Origin: Candidatus Heimdallarchaeum aukensis
Lineage (GTDB): Archaea; Asgardarchaeota; Heimdallarchaeia; Heimdallarchaeales; Heimdallarchaeaceae
Direction: 5' to 3'
Length of the DNA: 64,000 nt
Assembly (NCBI GenBank): GCA_021513695.1
Contig: CP084166.1
Span: forward strand, 1 to 64,000
This document shows positions 38,401 through 47,231 of this stretch, piece by piece. Made by a program: the position numbers and the translations under genes. The notes beneath the pieces are model-generated. The model worked only from the letters and a program-made list of their open reading frames with translations. It did not search any database and was not told the DNA's origin. How positions within the stretch are numbered: position 1 is the stretch's first letter; every line of letters starts with the position of its first letter.

Positions 38401-38614
38401 GTATTTTTAAGTTACTGATTATGTAAGGATCGTCTACTGTACCTGCTCCATCAACAACACCATTAGCTGAAGTAAAATCACTATCTGAAGCAATTACTAT
38501 TGGGTCATGTGTTGTGTATATTTTCAGTTTAGACTGTACGTTATTTAAACTTACAATCAATCCACTGCTAATTACAAGCATTATTAAAAACAATGATTTA
38601 TAGTTTTTCATCAA
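35498..38614 (-). CDS. large secreted surface protein: signal peptide, long parallel beta-helix region, TSP3-like Ca-binding repeats, C-terminal TM anchor with basic tail (sortase-type sorting signal candidate)
   Basis: Signal 'LFLIMLVISSGLIVSL'. Many 'NNTI.GN..GI' rungs. Acidic repeats '[14 protein letters not shown]', 'DSDTDDDGMPDGWE'. C-terminal 'NPFSFLYFVLGLLGLTILAIKTNRSRK'. Confidence 0.7.
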   Translation of the reverse strand: MMKNYKSLFLIMLVISSGLIVSLNNVQSKLKIYTTHDPIVIASDSDFTSANGVVDGAGTVDDPYIISNLKIQTSSDYGIYIHSLSVTAYFKIVNCSIEASRKGIYIVSVADGIATIESNTVSGNEDGINVYMTNSQKIINNTITGSNNGINIYGVNNAIIANNTCSSNSNAGIYSTGSNNVIITGNNCSFNNKGIDITGDFITIANNSINNNDDIGLLINGGSNDEIIANNSIESNKGYGIYLAKETTDTIEIVNNTLVNDGMFLAPLKEKANTIIVKGNKVNNKEVGYFVSNDTKNIDTNIYGQIFLIDCTNINIKSLSISNTDLGILIKDSKSITVSGNGFENIYDNAIYIMNPIDQYADEEIIIISNEFINAYNGIIVYDTKSLNVTGNTINEANKGMCLDYSTTANITLTFKDNIIEGVSYGLDINKKYNTNYVINDNITIVNNEIVDANNTAFDLIYVGNVTFDNNDISDSEKVFTITSSYGNALEGNTYITNNYIENVDRAFTIANLPEKFTEITNNAILSSNTSFYISYSSNFEITSNTLSGTSNFYEVTNITFVNAEIEHGSISIDTSKNVFLEDLNLHDGTSTKAIYIFDSENLTIKNVIISNYEEIAIDVYAADGLIINNTIISNVDSGIELYADYARKVDNVIITNSQISNCNKGIYVASGNIFNNITISYNQITTNLGSSYSGIYFANDGGNNFVIDNNEINSGGTIGIYIRGQWENLEITRNVINIIENTVSNAGIRLDGDIDGAIITYNKIFDIIDINGEIRQIYCLISLSSTISNALIYQNYFVSASYLFFDQITLAIDDGSNNLWYNDEIKVGNYWSDYNGTTGTYTNIQGTASSVDLYPISGTDIDGDGLDDILEDVVLGTQSTDADTDGDGMDDGWELKYELNPLTDDGSDDKDSDGLSNLGEYTNNTDPTDSDTDDDGMPDGWEVDNNLDPLVDDANEDPDEDGLTNRDEFYWNTDPHNNDTDGDGWTDGYEASNGFNPIDSNSHPEETTTKNPFSFLYFVLGLLGLTILAIKTNRSRK

Positions 38615-38910
38615 TATTCATAGAAGTTCCTTTAACGTATTTTATAAAGATATTTAAAAAACAAATATATGTTTAAAAATTTTAAGACATTATCAAACAA
38701 TTATAAACTTATAACAACAAAAAAAGGCATAAAAAAAAGTTTTAATCTTTTTTTAAATTAGGTGATGTGGAAATAACAAATTTGTTATTTTTATTGAAAT
38801 TTTGAACCTTCTCCCTCTAGACTAAATTTGAAGGAAATAAAAAATGGTTAAATTTCACAAGGAACAATCTTTTGTACTAAAATTTTTATAGCAATGTTAA
38901 CATTTTTTCA

Positions 38911-39594
38911 ATGATAAAAATGAATATTGAGGGAATTGATTTTCACTGGTTAGGACACGATAGTTTTCTTATCCAAGCCAAAGGTAAGAATATCTATATT
39001 GATCCTTATAAATTAACAAAAAAAGATCTTCCAGAAGCTGATATAATAATCACAACACATGATCATTTTGATCATTGTAATCCAGAAGCTATCGAACAGA
39101 TATGTGGTGAAAAAACTATTTTAGTTGGTCCTAAAGTAACAATAGATAAACTCAATGATATCTCCAAAAAGAAAAAGGTAATTGAACTTAATCCTTATGA
39201 TGAAAAGGAAATTGATGGAATAAAAATTAGTGCAATTCCTGCTTATAACACTCACCGTTTCCGTGATCCAGAAACAAAAACACCTTTTCATCCCAAGGAA
39301 TCAGGACATATAGGACCTATTATTGATGTTGATGGTGTAAAAATTTATCACGCTGGAGATACAGATAAAATACCAGAAATGGAGGACTTAAAGCCACATA
39401 TTGCATTAATTCCAGTTAGTGGTACATACGTAATGGATGTTCCAGAAGCAGTTGAAGCTGCAAAAGTAATTAGTGCTAAAATAACTATCCCAATGCATGT
39501 TGGAAGGGGAATTGGAGAATTATCTTATAGAGAAGAATTTAAAGAAAAACTTGAAAACATGGAAGTAATCCTCTTAGATTTAGAAGAAAGTTAG
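38911..39594 (+). CDS. metallo-beta-lactamase superfamily hydrolase (UPF0173-like)
   Basis: 'ITTHDHFDHC' (HxHxDH) and a later 'HAGD' metal-ligand motif. 227 aa. Confidence 0.65.
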   Translation: MIKMNIEGIDFHWLGHDSFLIQAKGKNIYIDPYKLTKKDLPEADIIITTHDHFDHCNPEAIEQICGEKTILVGPKVTIDKLNDISKKKKVIELNPYDEKEIDGIKISAIPAYNTHRFRDPETKTPFHPKESGHIGPIIDVDGVKIYHAGDTDKIPEMEDLKPHIALIPVSGTYVMDVPEAVEAAKVISAKITIPMHVGRGIGELSYREEFKEKLENMEVILLDLEES

Positions 39595-39680
39595 CTTCTT
39601 TTTGCTTTCTTTTTTTCTCATTTTTTTCGTTTCAAATAATTGTTTATAAATAAGCTATTTTTTTTTAATCTCGAAGTCTT

Positions 39681-41105
39681 ATGGATGATTATGTGACAGT
39701 AGTAGATAAAAATGTTGAACCTACTAAAATTGAGGCTAAAAGAACTCATTTCGGTAATGTTTTTCTATGGTCTTCCTATGATGCTGCTGATACTCTTTTT
39801 TCTCAAGGAATAATTAGTATTGTTTTTCAACCCTTTGTTTTATTATTAGCTTATGAACAAGGTATAACTAATTATTGGACTGCTTTTGCTTTAATGTCAG
39901 CATTTATGGCTTTTTCAAACTTACTTGTAGCTATTTTTGGTCCAATAATTGGATCTATTAGTGATACGATAGGAAAACGAAAATCTGCCGTTCTTATTTC
40001 AGCATCATTAATGGTTATTTCGACACTAGCTTTCCTCATTTGGAGGAACTTTTGGTGGCTTTCAATAATGTTCGTTTTTGCTAACTTTGGTTATCAAGCA
40101 GGACGAATGTTTTACGATTCAATGATACCTTTCATTTCAAAAACAGATCAAAGAGGAATAACATCTGGTATTTCTGGTTCTCTTAGTTTTATTGGGACTT
40201 TTGCTGCCATTGGATTGGCTCAAGTAGCTTATTCAATATGGGGTAAGTTCTCAGAACCTGGAAAGGTATTTGAAGAAGGTGCATCAATAAGTTATACAAG
40301 CTTAGAATGGTTGACTGTTATAGTTATAGCAGGAATATTAGTTTTTACGATACCCTTTCTATTTTCAAAAGAAAAAGAGAATCCAAATTCATTTTCCTTC
40401 AAACAGAACTTAAAACAAGCTAGACTTGAATTTAAAGACACTTTGAAAGAGATTTTCAAGTACAAGAACGCTTTATTGTTTATTTTGGGTTGGTTTTTTG
40501 TAACTGATGCAAGTAATACTACAATTTTATACATGCAACTTGTAATGATTGATGGTGTAGGAGCTGATCCTGGTCAAGCATTAATGATTATTGCAATGGG
40601 TGGACTTTTATCAATGATTGGAGCAATTATTGTAGGTGTGCTTTTAGATAAACTTGGACCAAAGAAAAATTTCATTATCAACATATTCGCTTGGTTTATT
40701 GCAGTAAGTATAGCTATTATTGCATGTATTGAGGTAGATGGAAAACACATCGTTCCTTGGCAAATAATGTTCTTAGTTGGATTCTTTATTGGAATAGGAT
40801 TCGGAGGAATATGGCTTATCGGAAGACAATTTGTTTTTGAAGTTGCTCCTCCGAAGAAAGTTACTCAATATCAAGGATTTAAACAAATTGCAGGAAGAGT
40901 AAGCGCCATTATAAGCCCAATTATGTTCTTGTTGATGCTTGGTTTAGGTGCTAAACTTGGTTTGAGTATTTCCAATCAATATGCAATTGCTCTTGCTCCT
41001 CTCTTAATATTCTTTACAATTGGACTAATAATTGTTCTAAAATATGTTGATGTTCATAAAGAATATCTAGCTGGAGAAAGAGCTCCATATAAGAAATTAC
41101 AATAA
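39681..41105 (+). CDS. MFS-type transporter
   Basis: 474 aa with about 12 TM helices in two halves. The basic loop motif 'GKRKS' follows TM2. Confidence 0.65.
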   Translation: MDDYVTVVDKNVEPTKIEAKRTHFGNVFLWSSYDAADTLFSQGIISIVFQPFVLLLAYEQGITNYWTAFALMSAFMAFSNLLVAIFGPIIGSISDTIGKRKSAVLISASLMVISTLAFLIWRNFWWLSIMFVFANFGYQAGRMFYDSMIPFISKTDQRGITSGISGSLSFIGTFAAIGLAQVAYSIWGKFSEPGKVFEEGASISYTSLEWLTVIVIAGILVFTIPFLFSKEKENPNSFSFKQNLKQARLEFKDTLKEIFKYKNALLFILGWFFVTDASNTTILYMQLVMIDGVGADPGQALMIIAMGGLLSMIGAIIVGVLLDKLGPKKNFIINIFAWFIAVSIAIIACIEVDGKHIVPWQIMFLVGFFIGIGFGGIWLIGRQFVFEVAPPKKVTQYQGFKQIAGRVSAIISPIMFLLMLGLGAKLGLSISNQYAIALAPLLIFFTIGLIIVLKYVDVHKEYLAGERAPYKKLQ

Positions 41106-41233
41106 TAATCTAAACCCCTTCTTTTTTTCTTTAATTTTAATTACTTTTTTCTATAGTTAAAAGATTAGGATAAGAAAATAACGTAGATTGTTTACTATTT
41201 AAAATTAGAAAAAATATGTATTTTTAAATTAAA

Positions 41234-42496
41234 TTATTTATATTCACGAATAACTGGTAGAGTAACTACGCTTTCTATCCATGGTAATTTAGCTATAGAT
41301 TTCCTTATCAAGTTGTAAGCTTTTCCAATATTTCTTAATCTTATTGAAATTATTAAATCATAAACTCCTGAAGTATAAGCGACAGATTCTATACCCCTTA
41401 TTTGAGATAATTTTTCTAAATCGATTTTCTCTCCAATTTTTATTTTAGCAAAGATCAATCCTCTAGTTTCAGACATAGATAAGGTAACTACACCTATTAA
41501 AATAAGGATCGAACCTGATATTTTAAGGATTATACCTACTATATCATTTCCTCCTGAACTGAATATTGCTGGAAACCAAATTGCAAAAATAGCTGCCAAA
41601 GGATAAGTGGAGATAACGCTTATACTGTTTAAAGCTCTTACAATAGACATCTTCCCCATCGTAAGTGCTCTAGTGTAAGCAATTACACCAAGATAAACCA
41701 ATAACATTGAGCAAATTACAGGAACTAAAGAGGGTCTCCAATTTTCTTTTATCTCATTAAAACCTACTCTGTAGATACTAGGAAGCGATGCTATTACTTG
41801 CCCTGCTGTCATAATAAAAAGTGTCCATATTCTTAGACTTAGCGTATCTATCTTTCTTCCTTTATCATTTTTTGTTACTAAAGCTTTCTTTTGAAAAACA
41901 GTATATAATGCCGAAAATAAAGCAAATGGACCAAAGATAAGTAAAATACCTATAGCATCTAATTTTCCACCAGAAATTGTAGAAATCATTACTCCTACAG
42001 CTATCATTGTAATTGATTGGATTTCAATTGCAACAGGTTTTTCTCTTTCTGAAATAGAATCAGCAATAAGCAAGTAAACGAGAACAAATTGGCTAAATGG
42101 CATTATTAGAGATGCATCATACTTTTCTAAAAGAACAAAATAGAGTATAGTGTTTCCTGTAGCAAAAAGACCAGCAAGAAGGGTATATAGTAAAACTTTG
42201 CCTTTAGGAAACATTATTCCTTGAAAATTAGGGTCAAAATAGTAACCCAGAGTTTTCTTAAATTCTTTATCTTTGTTTGGTAGAGGAATAGAAAGAATAA
42301 GTATAAGAATTATTGACACTATTAAACCTACAACCATCTCATATGCTCCAAAAAGATAAGGATCAGTAATGAAACTGTTGCCAATTGCATCTAGTACTAC
42401 CCACAGGCTAGTGATTAAACCAGATCCCAAGGCTAGTAGATAAAACGTACTTTTTCTTCTAATTTTACTAAATTCTCTATGGGCTGCAATTGACAT
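41234..42496 (-). CDS. DMT/EamA-like 10-TM transporter fused to a C-terminal Lrp/AsnC-type RAM (ligand-binding) domain
   Basis: About 330 aa of TM helices, then 'IGEKIDLEKLSQIRGIESVAYTSGVYDLIISIRLRN...LPWIESVVTLPVIREY', which resembles the AsnC C-terminal domain. Confidence 0.5.
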   Translation of the reverse strand: MSIAAHREFSKIRRKSTFYLLALGSGLITSLWVVLDAIGNSFITDPYLFGAYEMVVGLIVSIILILILSIPLPNKDKEFKKTLGYYFDPNFQGIMFPKGKVLLYTLLAGLFATGNTILYFVLLEKYDASLIMPFSQFVLVYLLIADSISEREKPVAIEIQSITMIAVGVMISTISGGKLDAIGILLIFGPFALFSALYTVFQKKALVTKNDKGRKIDTLSLRIWTLFIMTAGQVIASLPSIYRVGFNEIKENWRPSLVPVICSMLLVYLGVIAYTRALTMGKMSIVRALNSISVISTYPLAAIFAIWFPAIFSSGGNDIVGIILKISGSILILIGVVTLSMSETRGLIFAKIKIGEKIDLEKLSQIRGIESVAYTSGVYDLIISIRLRNIGKAYNLIRKSIAKLPWIESVVTLPVIREYK

Positions 42497-42508
42497 ATAA
42501 AACTCTCC

Positions 42509-42760
42509 TTATTCTTCTCCAATTATTTCTTTCTCTACAATACAAGTTTGTGTACTTTCAAGACCTGGGATGAGATGTATGCACTCTGAAGTAATGTTGT
42601 AAAGTTCTTCTAAATCTTTAACTTTGATAGTAGCAACAATGTCCCACTCACCAGTAACAACAGCACAACTTGTTATCGCATGAATTTTTCTTAATTCATT
42701 GACCACTTCTTGAGTCTTACCTAATTTTACTGTCATAAGAATATATGCTGTGATTATCAT
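42509..42760 (-). CDS. stand-alone Lrp/AsnC C-terminal (RAM) domain protein
   Basis: 83 aa. 'VNELRKIHAITSCAVVTGEWDIVATIKVKDLEELYNITSECIHLIPGLESTQTCIV' fits the RAM pattern. Confidence 0.5.
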   Translation of the reverse strand: MIITAYILMTVKLGKTQEVVNELRKIHAITSCAVVTGEWDIVATIKVKDLEELYNITSECIHLIPGLESTQTCIVEKEIIGEE

Positions 42761-42898
42761 TAAATTTTCAAAAGACTTTTTACCCTAAAAATCTTACTTT
42801 CATTTACGAAGATAAAAATATTTTAGCCTTTATTCTTCAGAAAAAGAGTCTTCGTTATACCAATAATTACAAATATATCTAATTCTGGAGTATTTCAT

Positions 42899-44053
42899 AT
42901 GATTAATAAAAGAAAAAAAATATTGATGCTTGTTTTGAGTACAGTTAACCCCGATGTCAGAGTAGAAAAAGAAGCAAGATATTTGGCATCAAAAAATTTT
43001 GATGTTTCTGTTATTGGAATAACAAGACCAAGTTTAGATTTACCAAAAAAAGAAGAAAGAGATGGTTATACTATATATAGAGTTGAAATCAAGAAAAAAT
43101 TATTTTTCAAGTATTTTGAATTTTATCGTAAAGTAAAGAAACTTGTTGGTTCTGAAGTATATGATTATATCCATTTCCATGACCTAAATGCTTTACCAGC
43201 TATTTCTAAATTAAAGAAAAATGGAAAAATATTTGTTTATGATTCTCATGAAAACTTCCCAGAACAAATGTCTGAAACTTTTGGTTTACCCGCTCAAATA
43301 GTTTATACTTGGGTAGAACGACATTTCATCAAAAAAGTTGATTATGTTTTTACACCAGGAAAGACTTATTCAAATTTACTTGAGAAAAAATACAAAGTTA
43401 AAGCTTCAGTTATTTCTAACTATCCTTCAAAAGAGGATGTAGATAAAGGCCATGAGATTGAAATTCCTAAAGAGTTAGAAAAAAAAGCCAGATTTCGAGT
43501 AGTCTATTTTGGAGTAATGTATGCAAATTTAGGATACGATGTTACAGTAGAAGTAGCAAAACTTATACGAGATCATTATAATTTGAAGCCTTCAGATATA
43601 GATTTTCTCATAATAGGTGACGGTTCTGCATATGAACCAATGAAAAAGATGATAGAAGAAGAAAAGCTCTCTCCTTATTTTATTCTAACAGGATGGATGG
43701 ATTATCATTTAGCACTTTCTGTGTTAAGAACAAGTGATGTAGGACTCATTCTCTTCCAACCAGGAAAAAACAATTTTAGGCGAATTCCTAATAGACTATA
43801 TGAGTATTTTTCAGCTGGGGTTCCTTTTATTGGTTCAGATTTTGAAGGATTAAGAGAAGGAGCAAAGTATGATAAACAACTAGGTTTCTTTGTTAATCCT
43901 CAGTCTCCAGAAAAAATAGCAGAGAGAATAATTAAATTGTTTAAAGATACAAAAACGTTAGAACAACTAAAGAAAAACGCTGAAGAAGCATACAAAACTA
44001 GATTTAATTGGGAAACTGAAATAAAGAAAATAGATAAAATCTATAAAAAGTAA
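42899..44053 (+). CDS. glycosyltransferase family 4 (GT-B fold)
   Basis: C-terminal 'EYFSAGVPFIGSDFEGLREG' (E-x7-E motif region) and the typical GT4 length. Confidence 0.7.
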   Translation: MINKRKKILMLVLSTVNPDVRVEKEARYLASKNFDVSVIGITRPSLDLPKKEERDGYTIYRVEIKKKLFFKYFEFYRKVKKLVGSEVYDYIHFHDLNALPAISKLKKNGKIFVYDSHENFPEQMSETFGLPAQIVYTWVERHFIKKVDYVFTPGKTYSNLLEKKYKVKASVISNYPSKEDVDKGHEIEIPKELEKKARFRVVYFGVMYANLGYDVTVEVAKLIRDHYNLKPSDIDFLIIGDGSAYEPMKKMIEEEKLSPYFILTGWMDYHLALSVLRTSDVGLILFQPGKNNFRRIPNRLYEYFSAGVPFIGSDFEGLREGAKYDKQLGFFVNPQSPEKIAERIIKLFKDTKTLEQLKKNAEEAYKTRFNWETEIKKIDKIYKK

Positions 44054-44073
44054 AAGTTAATCAAAATACTTGT

Positions 44074-44958
44074 TTAAAACCAACTTATTACATTGTATAT
44101 TTGTTCTTCTACATCTTTTACTTTATCACTTATTTCTGATACATCATTTATTGAATCGAAGAATTTGTTCAAAATGTTTCTTATTTTTTCTATACCATGT
44201 GCAATATCTTGATATTCAAAAGGATAAGCTAGAGCAACAATACAATAATCCTTACCTTCTAATCTCTTATCTAATTGATTTTTGTCTTTAACAATATATA
44301 GAAGACTTGTAGCATAATAGTCTCTCATTTTAGGGATTCTAACAGGCCCCGAGATTATGGATGAACTTTCAAGTTTATCTATCTCTCCCATTCCAAACAA
44401 AGTGTAAAGCATAACGCCCAAGGATAAAATGACTGTTTCTTTTATGTCTTCATATTCTTCTGGAATTCTGTTTACATATATAGGTTCAGTTCCAGAGGTT
44501 CCAAAACGATAAAAAGCTAAGAATATTTTGTTTTTATCATAACGAGATTTCTTTTTTTTGATGTTTTCAATAATTTCTGGTATTTTACTGAAAAATCTTC
44601 CTCTTTTCACAATATAATCTTGAGCGCCCATTTTCATAGCTTTGACAGCTACTTCTTCAGATCCTTGTCCTGTAATTATAAGGACAGGAATATCAGTTAT
44701 TTTTCTGATCTCTTCCAAAATGTCCAAACCTGTAATGTCTCCTAAAAGATAGTCTAGCAATATTATATCGAAGTCATATTTATATTCTTGAAGAATGTTT
44801 AATGCCTCTTCTTTTGTCTGAGTTATATGTACTTCTACATCATGAAAAGCCTTAATTATATTGATTTTGATAAGAAAGGCTATGTCACTGTCATCCTCCA
44901 CAAGTAGTACACGTAGATCATTAGACATTGTTTGTTCCTCGAAGTATAAGAAATACAC
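44074..44958 (-). CDS. response-regulator receiver (REC) domain protein with ~170-aa C-terminal domain of unknown function
   Basis: 'LRVLLVEDDSDIAFL...IILLDYLLGDITGLD...DYIVK' gives the D-D...D...K receiver signature. No HTH output seen. Confidence 0.75.
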   Translation of the reverse strand: MYFLYFEEQTMSNDLRVLLVEDDSDIAFLIKINIIKAFHDVEVHITQTKEEALNILQEYKYDFDIILLDYLLGDITGLDILEEIRKITDIPVLIITGQGSEEVAVKAMKMGAQDYIVKRGRFFSKIPEIIENIKKKKSRYDKNKIFLAFYRFGTSGTEPIYVNRIPEEYEDIKETVILSLGVMLYTLFGMGEIDKLESSSIISGPVRIPKMRDYYATSLLYIVKDKNQLDKRLEGKDYCIVALAYPFEYQDIAHGIEKIRNILNKFFDSINDVSEISDKVKDVEEQIYNVISWF

Positions 44959-45095
44959 TTTCTTTCCTTTATAATAAAATATAAATTATAAGTTTTAACA
45001 TTTGTGGAATTTCTCATGTATTATGATTCTTTTTTTTGTAGTATGCTTCTAATCTTATGCAAAAGTGAAAGTTTTAATACTTTTTTTATTAATGA

Positions 45096-45168
45096 AGGCT
45101 GATGGGTTGAGGATTGTCATGCACTACGTTGATATGTGATAGAAGCTTAGGGATGAAACCCATCTTTC
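45096..45168. ncRNA. candidate small structured RNA (GC-enriched hairpin closed by an 8-bp stem)
   Basis: 'gatgggtt' (45101..45108) pairs with 'aacccatc' (45158..45165). Local GC is well above the intergenic background. The strand is unknown. Confidence 0.2.
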
Positions 45169-45261
45169 TATTTTAATTAATAAAGAAACTGATTTTTTCT
45201 TGTTTTAAATTTTTATTTAAATTTAGCTAACTACTTTATTTAAATAAAAGTTATTATAGGC

Positions 45262-46251
45262 TTAATGTTCAATAAATTCTTTCTCGCTTATAACTTTACA
45301 TGTTAATGTTTTAGCAGCAAAAGGTATGAAACTTTTTTCTAGCTCCTTTTTAACCTTTTCAAAAATCAAATAGCGATTTTCTTCACTTGTTAGATCCAAA
45401 GTAATGATTTCAGTTAAATTTTCTATTAATGTAAGCAAAGGACCTTTTTCTATTAGTACATACTCTGTTGTTACTAATAAAGCAATGTTATGATAACTAA
45501 TAAACAGTAGTTTATATTCCTCAAAGTTAATTTCTTCCATTGAACTAAGTTGTTTTTTGTTTGTTGAATTTAGCCACTTATTCTCATAAGCACTAATTAT
45601 GTTCTTAACTTTTTCTCTGGTTCTTGTATTATCGTGTATATGAAGATTAACTCCGTCTTTTTTAATGAAAATATCTACCGATAAAATGTTTGGCATTAAT
45701 CCTGTTTTTTTACTAACCAACTTGCTTATTAACCAATTCATCGCATCGCTTATGTATTCGCCTGTTTTGACTGAAATGAAAAAGAATCGAAAACTCATCT
45801 GACTTTCAATTGAAATTAATTTGTTAAGTTCAAATCCTTTAACAATTTCTTCAATAACTCTTTCTTTTTCTGTAATTAAGTCCATCTTATTACCTAGAAA
45901 AAGCACTGGTATATCTTTGTTTTTTATCCATTCTAAAATAGTATAGAACCATTCTTTACTTTCTGGTAAACTTTCTAAATTTGAAGCGTCAAAAATGAAA
46001 ATTAAAGCAGAGGAAAGATTAATGTAATTTTTCCAAATGTGCTTTCTGAATGCTTGGTGTCCCCCCATATCCCAAATTTGAAGGGGAAAACCTTGGTACT
46101 CGGTAAATTCTACATCAACACCTAAAGTCGGAGGAGAAGAAACAAAGGTTCCCGATAGTAACCTTTGGGTAAAGCTAGATTTTCCGGCTTGTGGAAGGCC
46201 AGTTATAGCAATAGAGAATCTTGTCATTTTTGAGTTCACTTCAATTAGCAC
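45262..46251 (-). CDS. Arf-family-like small GTPase with ~140-aa C-terminal extension (roadblock/longin-like domain candidate)
   Basis: G1 'GLPQAGKSS', G3 'WDMGGHQ', G4 'GNKMDL', G5 'SVKTGEYISDAMNWL'. All resemble Arf/Arl/Sar proteins. Confidence 0.8.
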   Translation of the reverse strand: MLIEVNSKMTRFSIAITGLPQAGKSSFTQRLLSGTFVSSPPTLGVDVEFTEYQGFPLQIWDMGGHQAFRKHIWKNYINLSSALIFIFDASNLESLPESKEWFYTILEWIKNKDIPVLFLGNKMDLITEKERVIEEIVKGFELNKLISIESQMSFRFFFISVKTGEYISDAMNWLISKLVSKKTGLMPNILSVDIFIKKDGVNLHIHDNTRTREKVKNIISAYENKWLNSTNKKQLSSMEEINFEEYKLLFISYHNIALLVTTEYVLIEKGPLLTLIENLTEIITLDLTSEENRYLIFEKVKKELEKSFIPFAAKTLTCKVISEKEFIEH

Positions 46252-46376
46252 TAAAAACTATCTTTAATTTGTTATAAAAGTTTAGTTATTTATAATAGTA
46301 GTTCAATTAATTCTTTAAAATTCTAAATTTATCATGTTAAAGAGAACATATAATTGAAAAATAAAAAATCATAATT

Positions 46377-46844
46377 CTATAATTTAGTCTTTTGTTCAAC
46401 TTTAACATCGATGGGTATTCCTTCTTCAATACTAGTTGAAGCTATACAATAGTTTCTAAAAATTTTCAAACACTGATCTAGTTTTTGCTTATCTTCTTCT
46501 GGAATATTTAAAACAGGATTAATTTCTACTTCTATCTTTTTAATTCTCCAAAAACCTTCTTCATTTCTTTGTCTTGTGAGCTTAACTTTTGTCTTTAAAT
46601 CTTTAATTTCTGCTCTTTTTTTCATCATACAGAAAGTTAAGGATGCAGATAAGCAATTACCGACTGCTGCTGCGATTAACATTGAAGCTGTTGGTCCAAG
46701 TTCTTCTCCTCCCGGAACAGATTTATCTTCGTCCATGAGTAAGTTAGGAATAGTTTCTTTTCCAAAATCAACAATGAATTTGAAATTGCTAATTCGACTC
46801 AAATTTAGTTCATATTCAAAACTTTTTTGCTTTTTTTCAGTCAT
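46377..46844 (-). CDS. OsmC/Ohr-family protein
   Basis: 'LIAAAVGNCLSASLTFC' resembles the OsmC Cys-containing core. 155 aa. Confidence 0.45.
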   Translation of the reverse strand: MTEKKQKSFEYELNLSRISNFKFIVDFGKETIPNLLMDEDKSVPGGEELGPTASMLIAAAVGNCLSASLTFCMMKKRAEIKDLKTKVKLTRQRNEEGFWRIKKIEVEINPVLNIPEEDKQKLDQCLKIFRNYCIASTSIEEGIPIDVKVEQKTKL

Positions 46845-46966
46845 ATGTTTGTTTTGGACATACCTTTTTTATGCATTTTGAAATTTCAAATAATGATGCT
46901 TTGAGAAATTTTTTGTTCAAAATAAATATTAAAAAGGGAGTGTTTTAACAAAAACATGAAAAGAAA

Positions 46967-47227
46967 ATGTCATTAGTTCATCCTTTCGCTAAATCAATAA
47001 TTCAGAATTGTCAAAAAGATAATAGTTGGTTGATTATGCTTAAATGGTCAAAAATTGATGAAGTAAAGAAAATACTTGAAGACAGATGCGACTTTATAAG
47101 TAGTGTTGGCAGTTTTATATTAAAATACAAGTATAAAGGAGTTGACATTTCTTTTTACAAAAATGGTAAACTTATTTTCACTAATGTAGAAAATATTGAA
47201 ATTATTATAAAAGATCTATTAGGTTAA
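46967..47227 (+). CDS. hypothetical small protein
   Basis: 86-aa ORF immediately upstream of iscS. Confidence 0.3.
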   Translation: MSLVHPFAKSIIQNCQKDNSWLIMLKWSKIDEVKKILEDRCDFISSVGSFILKYKYKGVDISFYKNGKLIFTNVENIEIIIKDLLG

Positions 47228-47231
47228 AAAA

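Noticed and set aside
45096-45168. Interpretation of the GC-rich hairpin as a C/D box sRNA
   Set aside because: 'cugaugg' only approximates a C box, and there is no CUGA D box at the 3' side, so the C/D assignment is not supported. It is kept only as a generic candidate structured RNA.
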